Below are positions 17,570-29,394 of a stretch of 42,128 nt of DNA, piece after piece. Under the pieces are notes generated by a model. The model was not told where the DNA came from. It saw only the letters and a list, made by a program, of their open reading frames with translations, and ran no database searches. The first letter of the stretch is position 1. Each line of letters opens with the position of its first letter. The position numbers and the translations under genes are program-made. Origin of the DNA: Octopus sinensis. Lineage: Eukaryota. The stretch spans positions 1 through 42,128 of the forward strand of contig NW_021835170.1 of NCBI RefSeq assembly GCF_006345805.1, given 5' to 3'.

Positions 17570-17870
17570 TTTGACGCTCGGCAAAAGGAGAGATTTGTTA
17601 ACCTTTCGAACATAGCTCTTCGTCGGAAACAGGGAAGTCCAAAGAGAAAAAAGGAAAAATAAGAAAAAAATCGCCAACAATCCACGTGCGGTTACATTGC
17701 TGAAGTAACCAGAAGTGGAAGGATAAAGAGAGAGTGGTTTCTGCGACAGGGTTGTGTGAAGATGGTCTGTACGGGTATGAATATGTGGTAGTGTGTACGG
17801 GGTGATATTGAGTTCCCTCTTGGACTCCACGCAAACACTTTCTTTCATACCTTTAAAAAAAAACATTTTA
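17570..17870 (-). mobile_element. Penelope-like element 3' fragment / pseudo-LTR
   Basis: Carries a hammerhead motif; homologous to 19095-19260 and similar to 41990-42128. The upstream minus-strand ORF end (KESVCVESKRELN) weakly resembles the E...LN end of GIY-YIG. Confidence 0.65.
17597..17630 (-). ncRNA. Minimal type-I hammerhead ribozyme motif (CCGA core variant; stem III mutated)
   Basis: Minus strand: GTTT-CCGACGA-A-GAGC-TAT-GTTC-GAAA-GGTT-AAC. Confidence 0.6.
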
Positions 17871-18589
17871 TTCTATTATATTTGTTTCTTTTTTTTTATC
17901 TATTTCAGTTACTGATTTATTTATATAATCCTTTTTCCTTTTTGTTATTTTAGTTTTTATGTTTTTATTATTTATTTTGTACCTTAAAATTTTTTTTATA
18001 TTCTTCTGTCTTTATTTTTTAACTTGTATGTTTAATTAATTTCATTCATATACACACACTCATACACACACTTTCATAGCACGCACACCTATACACACAC
18101 ACGCACATCTCCATACACACTCACACACACACACATGCACAACCACACCCGCTCCCACATATACATATACGCAAACACACAGACACATAAACGCTAATAA
18201 CGACACTAGTATACACACACCTTTTGTGCGTGTGTATGTAAATATATATGTGTGTGTGTATATATGTATATGTATGTGAGCATGCATATATAGATATAGA
18301 TTCCTATATGTGTATGTGTATATATGTCTATATCTATGTATATATATGTATGCGTGTATGTATGTATATATATATATATATACATGTAGATATTTACACA
18401 CACACACACATACTTACATACATACACACACACACAAATGTATGTGTGTATGTGTAATTATGCGTGTGCATACATATATATCTGTGTATAATTCTATGTC
18501 CGGTTTTTTGTTTGTGTTTGAGTGGGTTTGTGTGAATGTATGTATATGTATGCATGTTTGTATATATATATGTGTGTGTGTGTGTATGC

Positions 18590-18653
<64 letters not shown>

Positions 18654-18748
18654 AAATATATACATATGCATATATATATATATACATATATATATATATT
18701 CATACACTATATTTTTTATATACATGCACTATATATATGTGTATATAA

Positions 18749-18782
<34 letters not shown>

Positions 18783-18859
18783 GTATACATATATACATAC
18801 ACTTTATATATATATGTATTAATATATATGTATATGTATATATACATACATATATATGC

Positions 18860-18902
<43 letters not shown>

Positions 18903-18928
18903 AATATTATTAAGATACATACATACAG

Positions 18929-18963
<35 letters not shown>

Positions 18964-19005
18964 CATATATACATACATACATACATACATACATACATAC
19001 ATACA

Positions 19006-19036
<31 letters not shown>

Positions 19037-19094
19037 GTATATATATATATAATCATTTAAAAAAACTGACAAAATGAAAACGTTTGGCCTTAGC

Positions 19095-19800
19095 ACAAAC
19101 AACGTATTAGTCAGACGCCCAGAGTTCTTTATCGAAAACAGGAAAAGCAGGAAAGTGCAAGACGCCGGAGAAACAAAATCACCATTAATCACGTGCGTTA
19201 CATTTCTGAAGTGATCGGAAGTAGAAGGAATGAAGAAAAAAAATGCTTTCTGGGACTGCAAAGTGTGAAAATGATCATTGTGTGTGTGTGTTAGCGTGTG
19301 TGTGTAAATGTGTGTGGTAGCGTTTTTCTGTATGGTAGCGTCTGTGGCACTAACTGCGTGTGTGTGTGTGTGTATGTGTGTGTGTGTGCGCGTGGTAGCG
19401 TGTGTATGTGTGGTGGTAACTGTGTGTGTGTGCATGCGTTATGTGTCTGGTGTAGCGAGTGACTGTGTGTGTGTGTGGTACTAAATGTATGCTTGTTTGT
19501 GTGCGTAGTCTGCGTGTGTGTGTGCGGTCGGATCTGTGTACGGGTATGTTAATGTCGTTCGTAGAGGTGAACAGCTATAGGTGTTTGAATCGATGGGTGA
19601 GGAAGTGTGTGTGTGTGTGTCTGTGCGCGTACTTTTGTGTGTGTGTGTGTATGCGTGTTTGCATGTGTGTATGGATGGAAGGGTCAGTGTAAAGAGGATG
19701 TTAGAATGAGCGGGTGTGGGTGTGTGAATTGATGGGAAGGGCTGTGTGTGTGCGTATTGGCATGTGTTCGTAGACGGGGAGGGAATGTGTATATGTGTGT
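19095..19800 (-). mobile_element. Degenerate PLE copy of the 17570 family, overrun by (CA/TG)n
   Basis: aatcacgtgcgttacatttctgaagtgatcggaagtagaagg resembles aatccacgtgcggttacattgctgaagtaaccagaagtggaagg (~17690). The ribozyme motif is eroded. Confidence 0.55.
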
Positions 19801-19974
19801 ATGTGTGCGTGTGTGTGTCACTCTGTCTGTCTGTCTTTTGCTGTATATAGATATGTGCATGTGTACGTGTGTTCGTGTGGGTGTATGTGTGTATATATAT
19901 ATATGTGTGTGTGTGTATGTGTATGCGTATGTCTCTCTCAATCATTCCCCATAATATATATATATTATATATAT

Positions 19975-20011
<37 letters not shown>

Positions 20012-20012
20012 A

Positions 20013-20100
<88 letters not shown>

Positions 20101-20187
20101 GCTTATTATATTTATTATTCATATACTCGATTCTCTTTCTAGCCAAAGATGTCTCAATTTCAAAATGAAATATGAAAAAAAAAAAGA

Positions 20188-20237
20188 CATGATTTTATAC
20201 GCTTAGCGAGCGTATAAAATCATGCGTATAAAAGGGG
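20188..20237 (+). promoter_or_regulatory. Candidate TATA promoter with a perfect 16-bp hairpin
   Basis: TATAAAA at 20213 and 20227, ~100-120 nt upstream of ATG 20334. Hairpin catgattttatacgct-tagcg-agcgtataaaatcatg. Confidence 0.45.
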
Positions 20238-20333
20238 CTCTAAAATACACATTGAAATTAAAACGAGTAAGCAGCTACACTTCAAGAACCATAGTCCTTT
20301 CCATGAAAGAAAAAGTTCAGCAAAACTTAGAGA

Positions 20334-21821
20334 ATGGTATCCAGAGCATTTTATATTATTTTATTAATTACATTAACGGTGAAGAGTGAAAATAATACGG
20401 TTGGAAATGTTATGAAAAAGATTGTGTCGGAATACAGTAATTCGACGTCAACTGATAACAATTTCTCTCCGTGGTTTTTTGAACAAATGATAAAACTCTT
20501 AAACTGCGGTCCTTTACCGAAATTAAACAACAGTCAAATACAATATACTTTGAAATGGGAAGAGGAAAAAATACACCTGCAACAAAAGTGCAACCGCTAT
20601 TTTGAAGCAAGCGTAGAGAATATGGCCGATATTATTTGTTGGAATGGTAAATGGATGTATGAAGATAAAAAATGTAAGTTAATAACTTGCCCGATTTTTC
20701 CTAAACCTGCAAACAGTTTCATGATAAATGTTGCATACACATATAACTCTGTTATTCGCTTTTCCTGCCTGTCTGGTTATATTTTGCGAGGAAACAATTC
20801 AATACGTTGTCAAGAAAATAAACAGTGGTCGTCTCTCCCACCAGTTTGTGAAACTATTAAATGTCTCCCACCGCATCCACCCAAACATGGCAATGTAAAC
20901 AATACAAATGGAGTTGAAATTAACGAAACAATTCATTTCAGTTGCTTAAAACCTTATAGTCTGAAAGGTGAATCTGTATTAACTTGTCTTCAAGACGGTA
21001 GCTGGAATTTTCCGACACCTGTTTGCACTTTGAAATGTGTTGTACCTGAAATTGCTGGCAGAGTTGTGACTATTTCTGAAGGTACAATTTTAAAACCAAG
21101 AACCTTAATCAATCAAGGAGAGAAAGTGTTATATTCTTGCAAACGATCCTTCATTCCTGTCGCATTTGGAGTCGTTCAATGCTTTTCAGGTAAATGGTAT
21201 CCAGACATACAGTGCAGAAAATCGTGTAAAATTGAGAAACGAAACGGATTGAATTTTATTTTGTCACATAATTTTTCAGTTATTGAATATAGCTGTTCTG
21301 CTGAAGAAACATTGTTGGGATATTCTAAAAGAACCTGTTTAGAGAATGGAACGTGGAGTGGAAAACTTCCACGGTGTGTAAAGAGCTGTCAATTGTTACC
21401 CGTGTTTGGCATGTATAGCTACCGAAATTCAGACACTTTGCAATATCTTCCGTTTGGCAGCACAGTCTTAGAAAACACGAATGTTATTTATTCGTGTGAA
21501 CTTCCTAATATGAATAACTCCAACGATAGTGTGATATGTCAAAATGGTGTATTGACCCCCAAACCACGCTGTTCACATAGAAATATTCATCTGATGCGAA
21601 CCAGAGTCATGTTTACCCATAAATCGTCAGACTATTATGTTTGTGAAACAAAATACACTTGCGAATTTTTTGGTTACAGACAGAAATCATGCACTAGTAG
21701 TAGGTGTTCATTATTTAGTAACGATCTATGTGCCAACATAGACTTTAACAATGCAACATCAGAAATATATATTAGTGCAGTGACTACTAATTGTTGTGCT
21801 ATGCAATGTTATGATGATTAA
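20334..21821 (+). CDS. Secreted sushi/CCP (SCR) repeat protein, 495 aa, single exon: signal peptide, one partial plus five CCP modules, C-terminal 8-Cys domain
   Basis: Hydrophobic N-terminus (MVSRAFYIILLITLTVKS). Repeated C..P.P..G...F.C..GY.L.G....C...W....P.C patterns, e.g. aa ~120-172 and ~175-230. Many N-x-S/T sites. No transmembrane segment or stop codons in 1.5 kb of AT-rich DNA. Confidence 0.9.
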   Translation: MVSRAFYIILLITLTVKSENNTVGNVMKKIVSEYSNSTSTDNNFSPWFFEQMIKLLNCGPLPKLNNSQIQYTLKWEEEKIHLQQKCNRYFEASVENMADIICWNGKWMYEDKKCKLITCPIFPKPANSFMINVAYTYNSVIRFSCLSGYILRGNNSIRCQENKQWSSLPPVCETIKCLPPHPPKHGNVNNTNGVEINETIHFSCLKPYSLKGESVLTCLQDGSWNFPTPVCTLKCVVPEIAGRVVTISEGTILKPRTLINQGEKVLYSCKRSFIPVAFGVVQCFSGKWYPDIQCRKSCKIEKRNGLNFILSHNFSVIEYSCSAEETLLGYSKRTCLENGTWSGKLPRCVKSCQLLPVFGMYSYRNSDTLQYLPFGSTVLENTNVIYSCELPNMNNSNDSVICQNGVLTPKPRCSHRNIHLMRTRVMFTHKSSDYYVCETKYTCEFFGYRQKSCTSSRCSLFSNDLCANIDFNNATSEIYISAVTTNCCAMQCYDD

Positions 21822-22869
21822 TGTACATAAAATTTATGTTTGTTCTTGCTTGCAATCTTTACATTCAGTTATGACATCGCATAACATTCAGTTATGACAA
21901 CGTAATGGAAGTCGTTGTACTTACGCATATGTGCTTGTTCCTGACATTTATCGTAATATATATAATTGGAAACAGACGTAAAATTTAAATTCGCCTTATA
22001 AACCGGCCTTTCAGTCAAAATGTACACATCAGTAAACTGAGAAGACATTTTTAACAACTTAAAATTGCATTCGTTGTGGCACTCAAGTATCACGGGGATC
22101 TTTGATACTAATTTCTATTTATCACGTCCCAGGAGGGTATGTTTTCAAGAGAAAGTATTTGAACTTGACCGTCAATTCCAAGATCAGTGTAGTATAATTC
22201 ATATGAGTTTTATATTTGTTATTGGCGCTCTCTTTGCCACTTCCCCTCTCTCATTGCTGAGTGCTTTCATGTGTTTACACAAATAGATTATTATAATATT
22301 ATTTGGCCCCGTGCCGACAAAAATGACGGCTAACTGGGTAATTTTTCAGAGTAACACCTGCACGATTTTCGCAAAGAAAAAAAAAAAAAACTCGGATTTT
22401 TTTGCTTGGAATCAAGTACACTGTCCTCCTAATATGCTGCAAATCCCTTATTTTGGTTCGAGAATAGTTTGTTTAATAAAATGGAGATTATGATTTTGAA
22501 AAAAAAAAAAATTCCTTTTCCAGTATTTGATTTCTTTATTTTAAAAATTTCTTTTGTTTTTATTTAACTTTCCTTCAAAAGATTTTCTGCTTCATGTACT
22601 AAACAAGCAAGATTGTGATTGAGAAATAAAAATCCAAATTTTAATATTTTGATTTTATTCTTTCCTTCTCTAATTTCGATAGTTTTTTTTTCTTTCTGAC
22701 TATTGTTTTGGAAACGTTTCCCAGACTCACTCCTTCAAACAGATTTAAACGTAAAATATTACGGTTATGCGAAAATAGAATTTTTACAAATTCAGCAGCT
22801 TCATCGGATTTGGTGTATTTTAAAACATAGCTGCTCACAAATACATGCGTGCGCACATGTAATCGTGTG

Positions 22870-23050
<181 letters not shown>

Positions 23051-23051
23051 A

Positions 23052-23687
23052 GGAATGACCCTGAGAAGGTCGTTCGACTCACTTGAAAAGAGCAGCTAAA
23101 CTCAAAACCGCAAAAAATAGTAGTAATTCTGAAACTAGAGGAAAATAAAAAACATTTATCCCCTTCAAACTTTGGACCCTGCAAGGTTTCAACATCTTCA
23201 CGCAATCAAATTTAATTAAATTAAATTAAATCCGTTTACGCTTGGCTTGTCTCGTCAGCAAAGTCACCAAAATAGGAGGCAGATATATATACACGAGGTT
23301 ACACCATCTAAGCCTCGGGTCTATATATCGTAAATTTTCGAATTCACCGTAATCGCGCCATCTACTCCGCAGCAAATATAAGTTGCTGATACAAATTTCA
23401 GAATTAGTCAAAAATTCATTAATCAATCAATATAAGAGTAACAAAAAATTCAAGAAAAATTTTCTGCCACCAGCGGTCAAGTGAGAAAATAGAAATAGTC
23501 ACAGACTATATGATACATTCAACAAAATATTAAGGAATGACCCTGAGAAGGTCGTTCGACTCACTTGAAAAGAGCAGGGTACAAAGTTTTTTATTTTCCT
23601 CTAGTTTCAGAATTACTACTATTTTTTGCGGTTTTGAGTTTAGCTGCTCTTTTCAAGTGAGTCGAACGACCTTCTCAGGGTCATTCC
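23052..23687. mobile_element. TTAA-flanked MITE with ~100-bp TIRs (Kolobok-like termini)
   Basis: TTAA|GGAATGACCCTGAGAAGG...CCTTCTCAGGGTCATTCC|TTAA. 23052-23152 is the reverse complement of 23587-23687. A TTAA TSD with purine-purine termini fits Kolobok better than piggyBac (CCC). Confidence 0.6.
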
Positions 23688-23793
23688 TTAATATTTTGTT
23701 GAATGTATCATATAGTCTGTGACTATTTCTATTTTCTCACTTGACCGCTGGTGGCAGAAAATTTTTCTTCAATTTTTTGTTACCCTTATATTG

Positions 23794-23926
<133 letters not shown>

Positions 23927-24534
23927 GTTTCTATATCCAAATTGAAGGAGTAGAGCAGGTAATATCCTGGCTACATATGTTTCTTATCTAGCAGATCCTC
24001 TGATATAATAATAACGAGGGGGACGCAACTATCTACGCATCTGGCTGATGAGACCTTAATTATATAATGGTTACATTGACGATACGGAATTTCGAGTTAG
24101 GTCGCTGAAGATAAAATTTGAAACTTTCAAATTTGTTTCTTCCTACGAGTTAACTTGGGATTCTATATCGACAATGTGACCTTTACCCAATTAAGGTACC
24201 TTCACCCTAATAAATAGGTAGCTGAGTACCTGTCGATGAGTAACTATCATAACAGGATCTGAAGAAATATATGTAGCTTGGATTTTACACACACACACAT
24301 ATACTCACTCAGTCGAAGCACTTGATTTTTTTTCACCGTACGACTTCCATCATCCCACTACCAAGTTTGCCATCACCCCATCCTTTCTCATTCAGATGTT
24401 GCGACGGAGAAAGACACAAACTTCTATTACCCACTACCAAGTTTGCCATCACCCTTTCCTTCCTTATTCATCTATAAATCCCTCCCTTTCTCATTCATAT
24501 GCTGTGATGGAGCTTATCGAACCTCGATATGATA

Positions 24535-24763
24535 TATTTCTTTATTGCCCACAAGGGGCTAAATACAGAGAGGACAAATAAGGACAGACAAAGGGATTAA
24601 GTCGATTGCATCGACCCCAGTGCGTAATTGGTACTTGATTTATCGACCCCGAAAGGATGAAAGGCAAAGTCGACCTCGGCGGAATTTGAACTCACAACAT
24701 AACGGCAGACGAAATACGGCTACGCATTTCGCCCGGCGTGCTAACGTTTCTGCCAGCTCGCCA
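24535..24763 (-). mobile_element. tRNA-derived SINE, full length
   Basis: Minus strand: ggcgagctggcagaaacgttagc (A-box), gtgagttcaaattcc (B-box), conserved central domain aggtcgactttgcctttcatcctttcggggtcgataaa, AT-rich tail. Confidence 0.9.
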
Positions 24764-25087
24764 TATGATAAAAGCCAACAACCTTCGACGGCAACAAATA
24801 ATTATCGTTCCTGTTGATCCGGAACGTTGATTTAATACCTACCACGGACTGCTCCATTGTCACGCATCTGTGACCTTTTCAACGACACTTCATTTCCGTG
24901 TGTGTTCTTGTTCCACTAACTCCATTTCGTTCTTCTAAGACAGGTATCCTTATGTGCGCATGCGTTTGTGTCCTTGTTTGTGAGTGTGTGTGTGTATGTA
25001 TGTGTGTGCGCGTATGCTTATGTGTGTGTGTGTGTGTGTGTGTGTATGTGAGTGTATATGTGAATGTGTGTGTATGTGTGTGTGTGT

Positions 25088-25142
<55 letters not shown>

Positions 25143-25369
25143 CTTGTGTGTGTGTGTGTCATAGTTTTTAGCAGCAGTGTGGCCTTCCCTTCAGCAGCCC
25201 CATCCTGCTGTCCCGAGAAAAAATGGTACAAAATCTGTATTCCTCCGCGTATGTGTGTTCGCCAACGGTGTTGCCATCGTGATGGTAGTTGTTGATATTG
25301 CCATCTTTGGCACCGCCGCTGCTGTTGAATGTGTTAGTAATGTTGTTGACATCATCATGTGTGTATGTA

Positions 25370-25423
<54 letters not shown>

Positions 25424-25610
25424 GGCTCGCTTCGTATGTATCCATGCCCTTTATATACTTTTATTTGATAATCGAACGGTGTGAGTTAAAATCATTTTTT
25501 TCAACAGGGACCTAAGCACAACAACACCGGTTGTCAAGCGGTGATAGGGGTACAGACACAAAGGCGCACACATACACACACACACACATGCACACACACA
25601 TATATATGTG

Positions 25611-25769
25611 CGACGGGCTTCTTTCAGTTTCTGTCTATCAAATGCACTCACAAGGCTTTGGTCGGCTCGAGGCTATAATAGAAGACTCGTGCCCAAGGTT
25701 CCACACTGTGGGACTGAACCCGGATCCATATGGTTAAGAAGTAAGCTTCTTAACACGCAGCCACGGCTA
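25611..25769 (-). mobile_element. tRNA-derived CORE-like SINE (second family)
   Basis: Minus strand: tRNA-like head ending gggttcagtccc, then accttgggcacgagtcttct...aaactgaaagaagcccgtcg, followed by (CA/TG)n. Confidence 0.75.
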
Positions 25770-25849
25770 TATAAATAAATAGTTTTATTGTAGCTGTGGT
25801 TCCCTGTCTGTTGCACCATCTCAGCTTCTATTTGTAGAACACTCTTTAT

Positions 25850-26560
25850 CCCTCAAGAAGCTTACTTCCACAAATCAATAACCTACCAACTTGCCGTCAT
25901 TCCTTACAATACATACTTATTGTATATAATACAACCCTTCTTTATCCCTCGCCTCCCACAACGATGCGTCATTAACATGCAATCCTCACACCAAAGCTGC
26001 ACTGACTTGGTGAACAAAGTCCGCGAAAACATACTCCAATGGTGGTGATACAAATCTAAAGGACTTCAAAAGCATAGAGTAAAGGAAATAACATCTATCA
26101 AAGCAACAACGAATCTCTCTCGTTGCCAAGAAGTTAACGCACTTAAAACTTTGAAAATCGCGACTACTGCTCGGTTTCACCATCGCTGACAATCTATGTT
26201 GTTGGTGCTCTTCAGGATTAGAAAATATTCAGTCTGAAACATTACTAACCATCCACAAATGCCAATGAAATATTCTTTGCAGCACTGCTCTCACCCATAC
26301 AGCAGCGCAGCTGTTACACGTAGAGATATCTTAGAACACATCTAAACATCTAAGACACTCGACTCATGAGCCACTCACAAGCCGCTACTAAGTTCACTCC
26401 AATATGACCCACAGATATATTTCATCTCTACCTGCGTTTTCTACCATTATTCCAATGAACTTAACTCGTTAAAACTTCCTGGTTTTGTATCACCTCCATT
26501 AGCCCACATTTGATCCTTTGGTTATCCATTTGGTGTCCATTGATTCAGGCCTGAAATAAT
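25850..26560 (+). mobile_element. Heavily decayed LINE RT C-terminal fragment
   Basis: Broken frames yield LLGFTIADNLCW and TLLTIHKCQ...LQHCSH..SSAAVT, resembling the LGxxI..L.W and LEYCSHIW segments of CR1/L2-type RTs. Confidence 0.45.
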
Positions 26561-26659
26561 CACATTCCCCTGGCATTTCTGGCTAAACCAGAAGCTCTAA
26601 ATATTGTTGTATATAATGGTTTGTTATTTAGGCATAAGATCAATAATTTTGAGAGGATA

Positions 26660-26805
26660 GGATACATCGACAACGTAACTTAAATGTGGTGCTTTATGTT
26701 GTCGACCCCGAAATGATGATTAGCAAAGATGATCTTGACGGGATTTGTACTCAGAATGTAAAAAGTCGGAACAAATACTACAAGGAATTTATTTCAATGT
26801 TCTAA
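26660..26805 (-). mobile_element. Degenerate SINE of the 24535 family
   Basis: gtcgaccccgaaatgatgattagcaaagatgatcttgacgggatttgtactcagaatg aligns with the central and B-box part of the family. Confidence 0.6.
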
Positions 26806-26812
26806 GGTAATA

Positions 26813-28073
26813 TCAGGTCATCCCATAGTTCTGTCCGATTTTACCCTTTTTAAAATAGTATTTTAGAATGTCTAATGGAATTAAAAATTATTTTTATGCA
26901 TTTGTGTACATTTAACTAATTAAATATTATTTTATAGAATAATAGAATTAAAATTTCTTTGATTAAAACCCATTCTAACATGGAAATATTCAAAGAACAT
27001 TTAAGGCACATAATGAGTACAAAAAAGGAAACTCTGCAGCCGAAGCGACTCGAAACATACACTAATTTATGGGAAAGAATTCTTGAATGAAAGAACTTGC
27101 GGAAGATGGTTTGCAAAATTCAGAGGAAGAGATTTCAACCTTGAAGATGAAGATCGAAAAGGATATCCAGTTGAGTTTCATAAGCTTCTTGAGGCAATAC
27201 TTGAAGAAAATCCTGCATTATCAGTTGAAGAATTGGCAATAAAGTTTAGTTCAAACCATGCAACTGTTCATAGTCATCATCAACAACTTGGAAAGGTTCC
27301 CAAACTTGGAAAACTGGTGCTTCATGAATTGTCCGAAAGCAACCGCAAATCCCGAGGTGACATCTGCTCTTCTCTCCATTCTTGCGAACTCATTTCATCC
27401 TTTTTGAATAGACTTGTAACTGGTGACGAAAAATGGATCTTCTATCGAAATGTTAAACGTCGTAAACAGTAGCTTGGTAAAAGGGGAAAGGCTCAACCAC
27501 AACCGCGAAGGGAACTTCATGGAAAAAGAGTTCTTCCCTCTATCTGGTGGGATTGCAAATGTGTAATTCACTTTGAATTGTTACCATCTAATGCATCAAT
27601 CAATGCTCAAGTCTACTGTCGGCAATTAGAGCGTTTGAACCAAGCTTTGAAGAAAAAGAGACCTACTTTAGTGAATCGAAAAGGAGTGATGTTTCATCAG
27701 GACAATGCGCGACCCCATACTGCAAAGATCTCATCACAGAAGATCGAAGAGCTTGTTTGGGCAGAAATTCCTCATCCGCCTCATTCAACGCGACCTTGCT
27801 CCTTCAGACTACCATTTGTTTCGTAGTTTACAGAATCATTTGGGGGACATAACTTTCGTAAGCCAGGAGGAGGTCGATATTGACATTTCAGAGTTCTTTG
27901 CTTTGAAACCAAAAAAGTTTTACATTGATGGGATAAAAAAACTTGTAAATAGATGGAAGGAAGTCATAGATAATCAGGGAAAGTACATTGGTGATTAAAT
28001 TTCAATTAAATATAACATTCGATCACTTGTTTTCTTTATTCAAAATTCGGACAGAACTTATGGGACGACCTGA
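26813..28073 (+). mobile_element. Full-length mariner (DD34D) DNA transposon with an inactivated transposase
   Basis: ~33-bp TIRs (tcaggtcatcccata-gttctgtccg / cggacagaacttatgggacgacctga) with TA on both sides. Transposase 26980-27998: VTGDEKW, HQDNARPH, PDLAPSDYHLF with 34 residues between the last two Asp; several frameshifts and stops. Confidence 0.95.
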
Positions 28074-28405
28074 TATAATTCGTAAAACATGTAAATTAGT
28101 TTGTACAAATAGGGTGCGCACCACTGGTTTGCTATAACGTAAGCCAGACATTTAAAAATCATTTTTGGTCAAAATCCCGCCTACTATGTTCATATACTCT
28201 AATCTCTCTTTAACCAATAATGTCTCAATTTCAAAATAAAACTGAACGAAATTGTTTTGAGTGGATTGGAGGAAATGAGCGTTAGCGAGCGTATAAAAGG
28301 CTCCCTAAAAAGACATTGAAATAAAACAAATGAACAGATACACTTTAAACACTACAAGTCCTTTTCATGAAAGAAAAAAGTTTATGAAAACTTTTGTATA
28401 TTATT

Positions 28406-28743
28406 AAATAAAACATTTGCATATATATATATACATATATGTACGTACCCACCTCTACATGTATATATACACGCATATATGGGTACAGGACACCAAAAAA
28501 ACGTCGAACACAATGAGAAACGAAAACACAAACAAAACCAAGGAACTGGACATTTTTCTTAAACAACAGAAAAATAGAGTACAGGACAAATAACACAAGG
28601 AAAATTCCCCTTCGTGTTTATGTTTTCGTTTCTCATTGTGTTCGACGTTTTTTTTTGGTGTCCTGTACCCATATATGCGTGTATATATACATGTAGAGGT
28701 GGGTACGTACATATATGTATATATATATGCATATGTTTTATTT
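28406..28743. repeat. Fold-back palindrome: ~129-bp arms, ~80-bp spacer, possibly PLE-terminus derived
   Basis: 28406-28534 is the reverse complement of 28615-28743, with about 2-3 differences. Confidence 0.85.
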
Positions 28744-28809
28744 ATTTATATATCATATGACGGAACGCACGCATCCATTTCTAAGTAAGATTGTTCTTCT
28801 ATATATACA

Positions 28810-28840
<31 letters not shown>

Positions 28841-28841
28841 A

Positions 28842-28904
<63 letters not shown>

Positions 28905-29394
28905 ATATATATAATGTGAAATAGAAAGATGAATAATCTTGTAGTAGATTAATCAAAAGTTTAACCGATACCTTAGTAGCAAAATCACAGCAGTAAACAG
29001 CACGGTTGGAGGTACAACCATATGGTGTTGCAACCGTGCGTTGGTGCGGATAATTGAAATTAAAACATTATTGGTGATTGAAGAAATGGAGCTGAACGCA
29101 GATTGAACAGAAATCGTTTTATTTCATTCTACACGTGTTTCGAAAGGCACAAATTACCAAAATCCGATTGAATAATGGGACCATATTGTGTCTTTCTCTT
29201 CAGGAAGAAAATAGGAAATCCGTTGGAAAAAAAAAAACAGAACAGAGGCGGAGCAAAAACAAATCGAACTATGCTCCTAAGAGCCCATGGCGAAACTGTT
29301 TATCAGTATATGTTGAGAACCGGTGGCTGAAGAATTTAACGGGTCAGGCATCGGTCAATCATGTGGGTGAGGGTGTGTAGGTGTTCTTTGTGAC

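Noticed and set aside
21860-21900. 16-bp direct repeat acattcagttatgaca after the sushi stop codon, as a possible retrocopy TSD
   Set aside because: Both copies are downstream of the CDS rather than flanking it, and there is no poly(A) remnant; it is a local duplication.
23058-23095. CTGAGAAG-GTC-GTTC-GAC...GAAA in the MITE TIR as a hammerhead
   Set aside because: Positions 3 and 8 cannot pair, and GAAA is not adjacent to the stem.
24040-24110. CTGATGA-GACC...GGTC motif
   Set aside because: No GAAA follows the candidate stem II.
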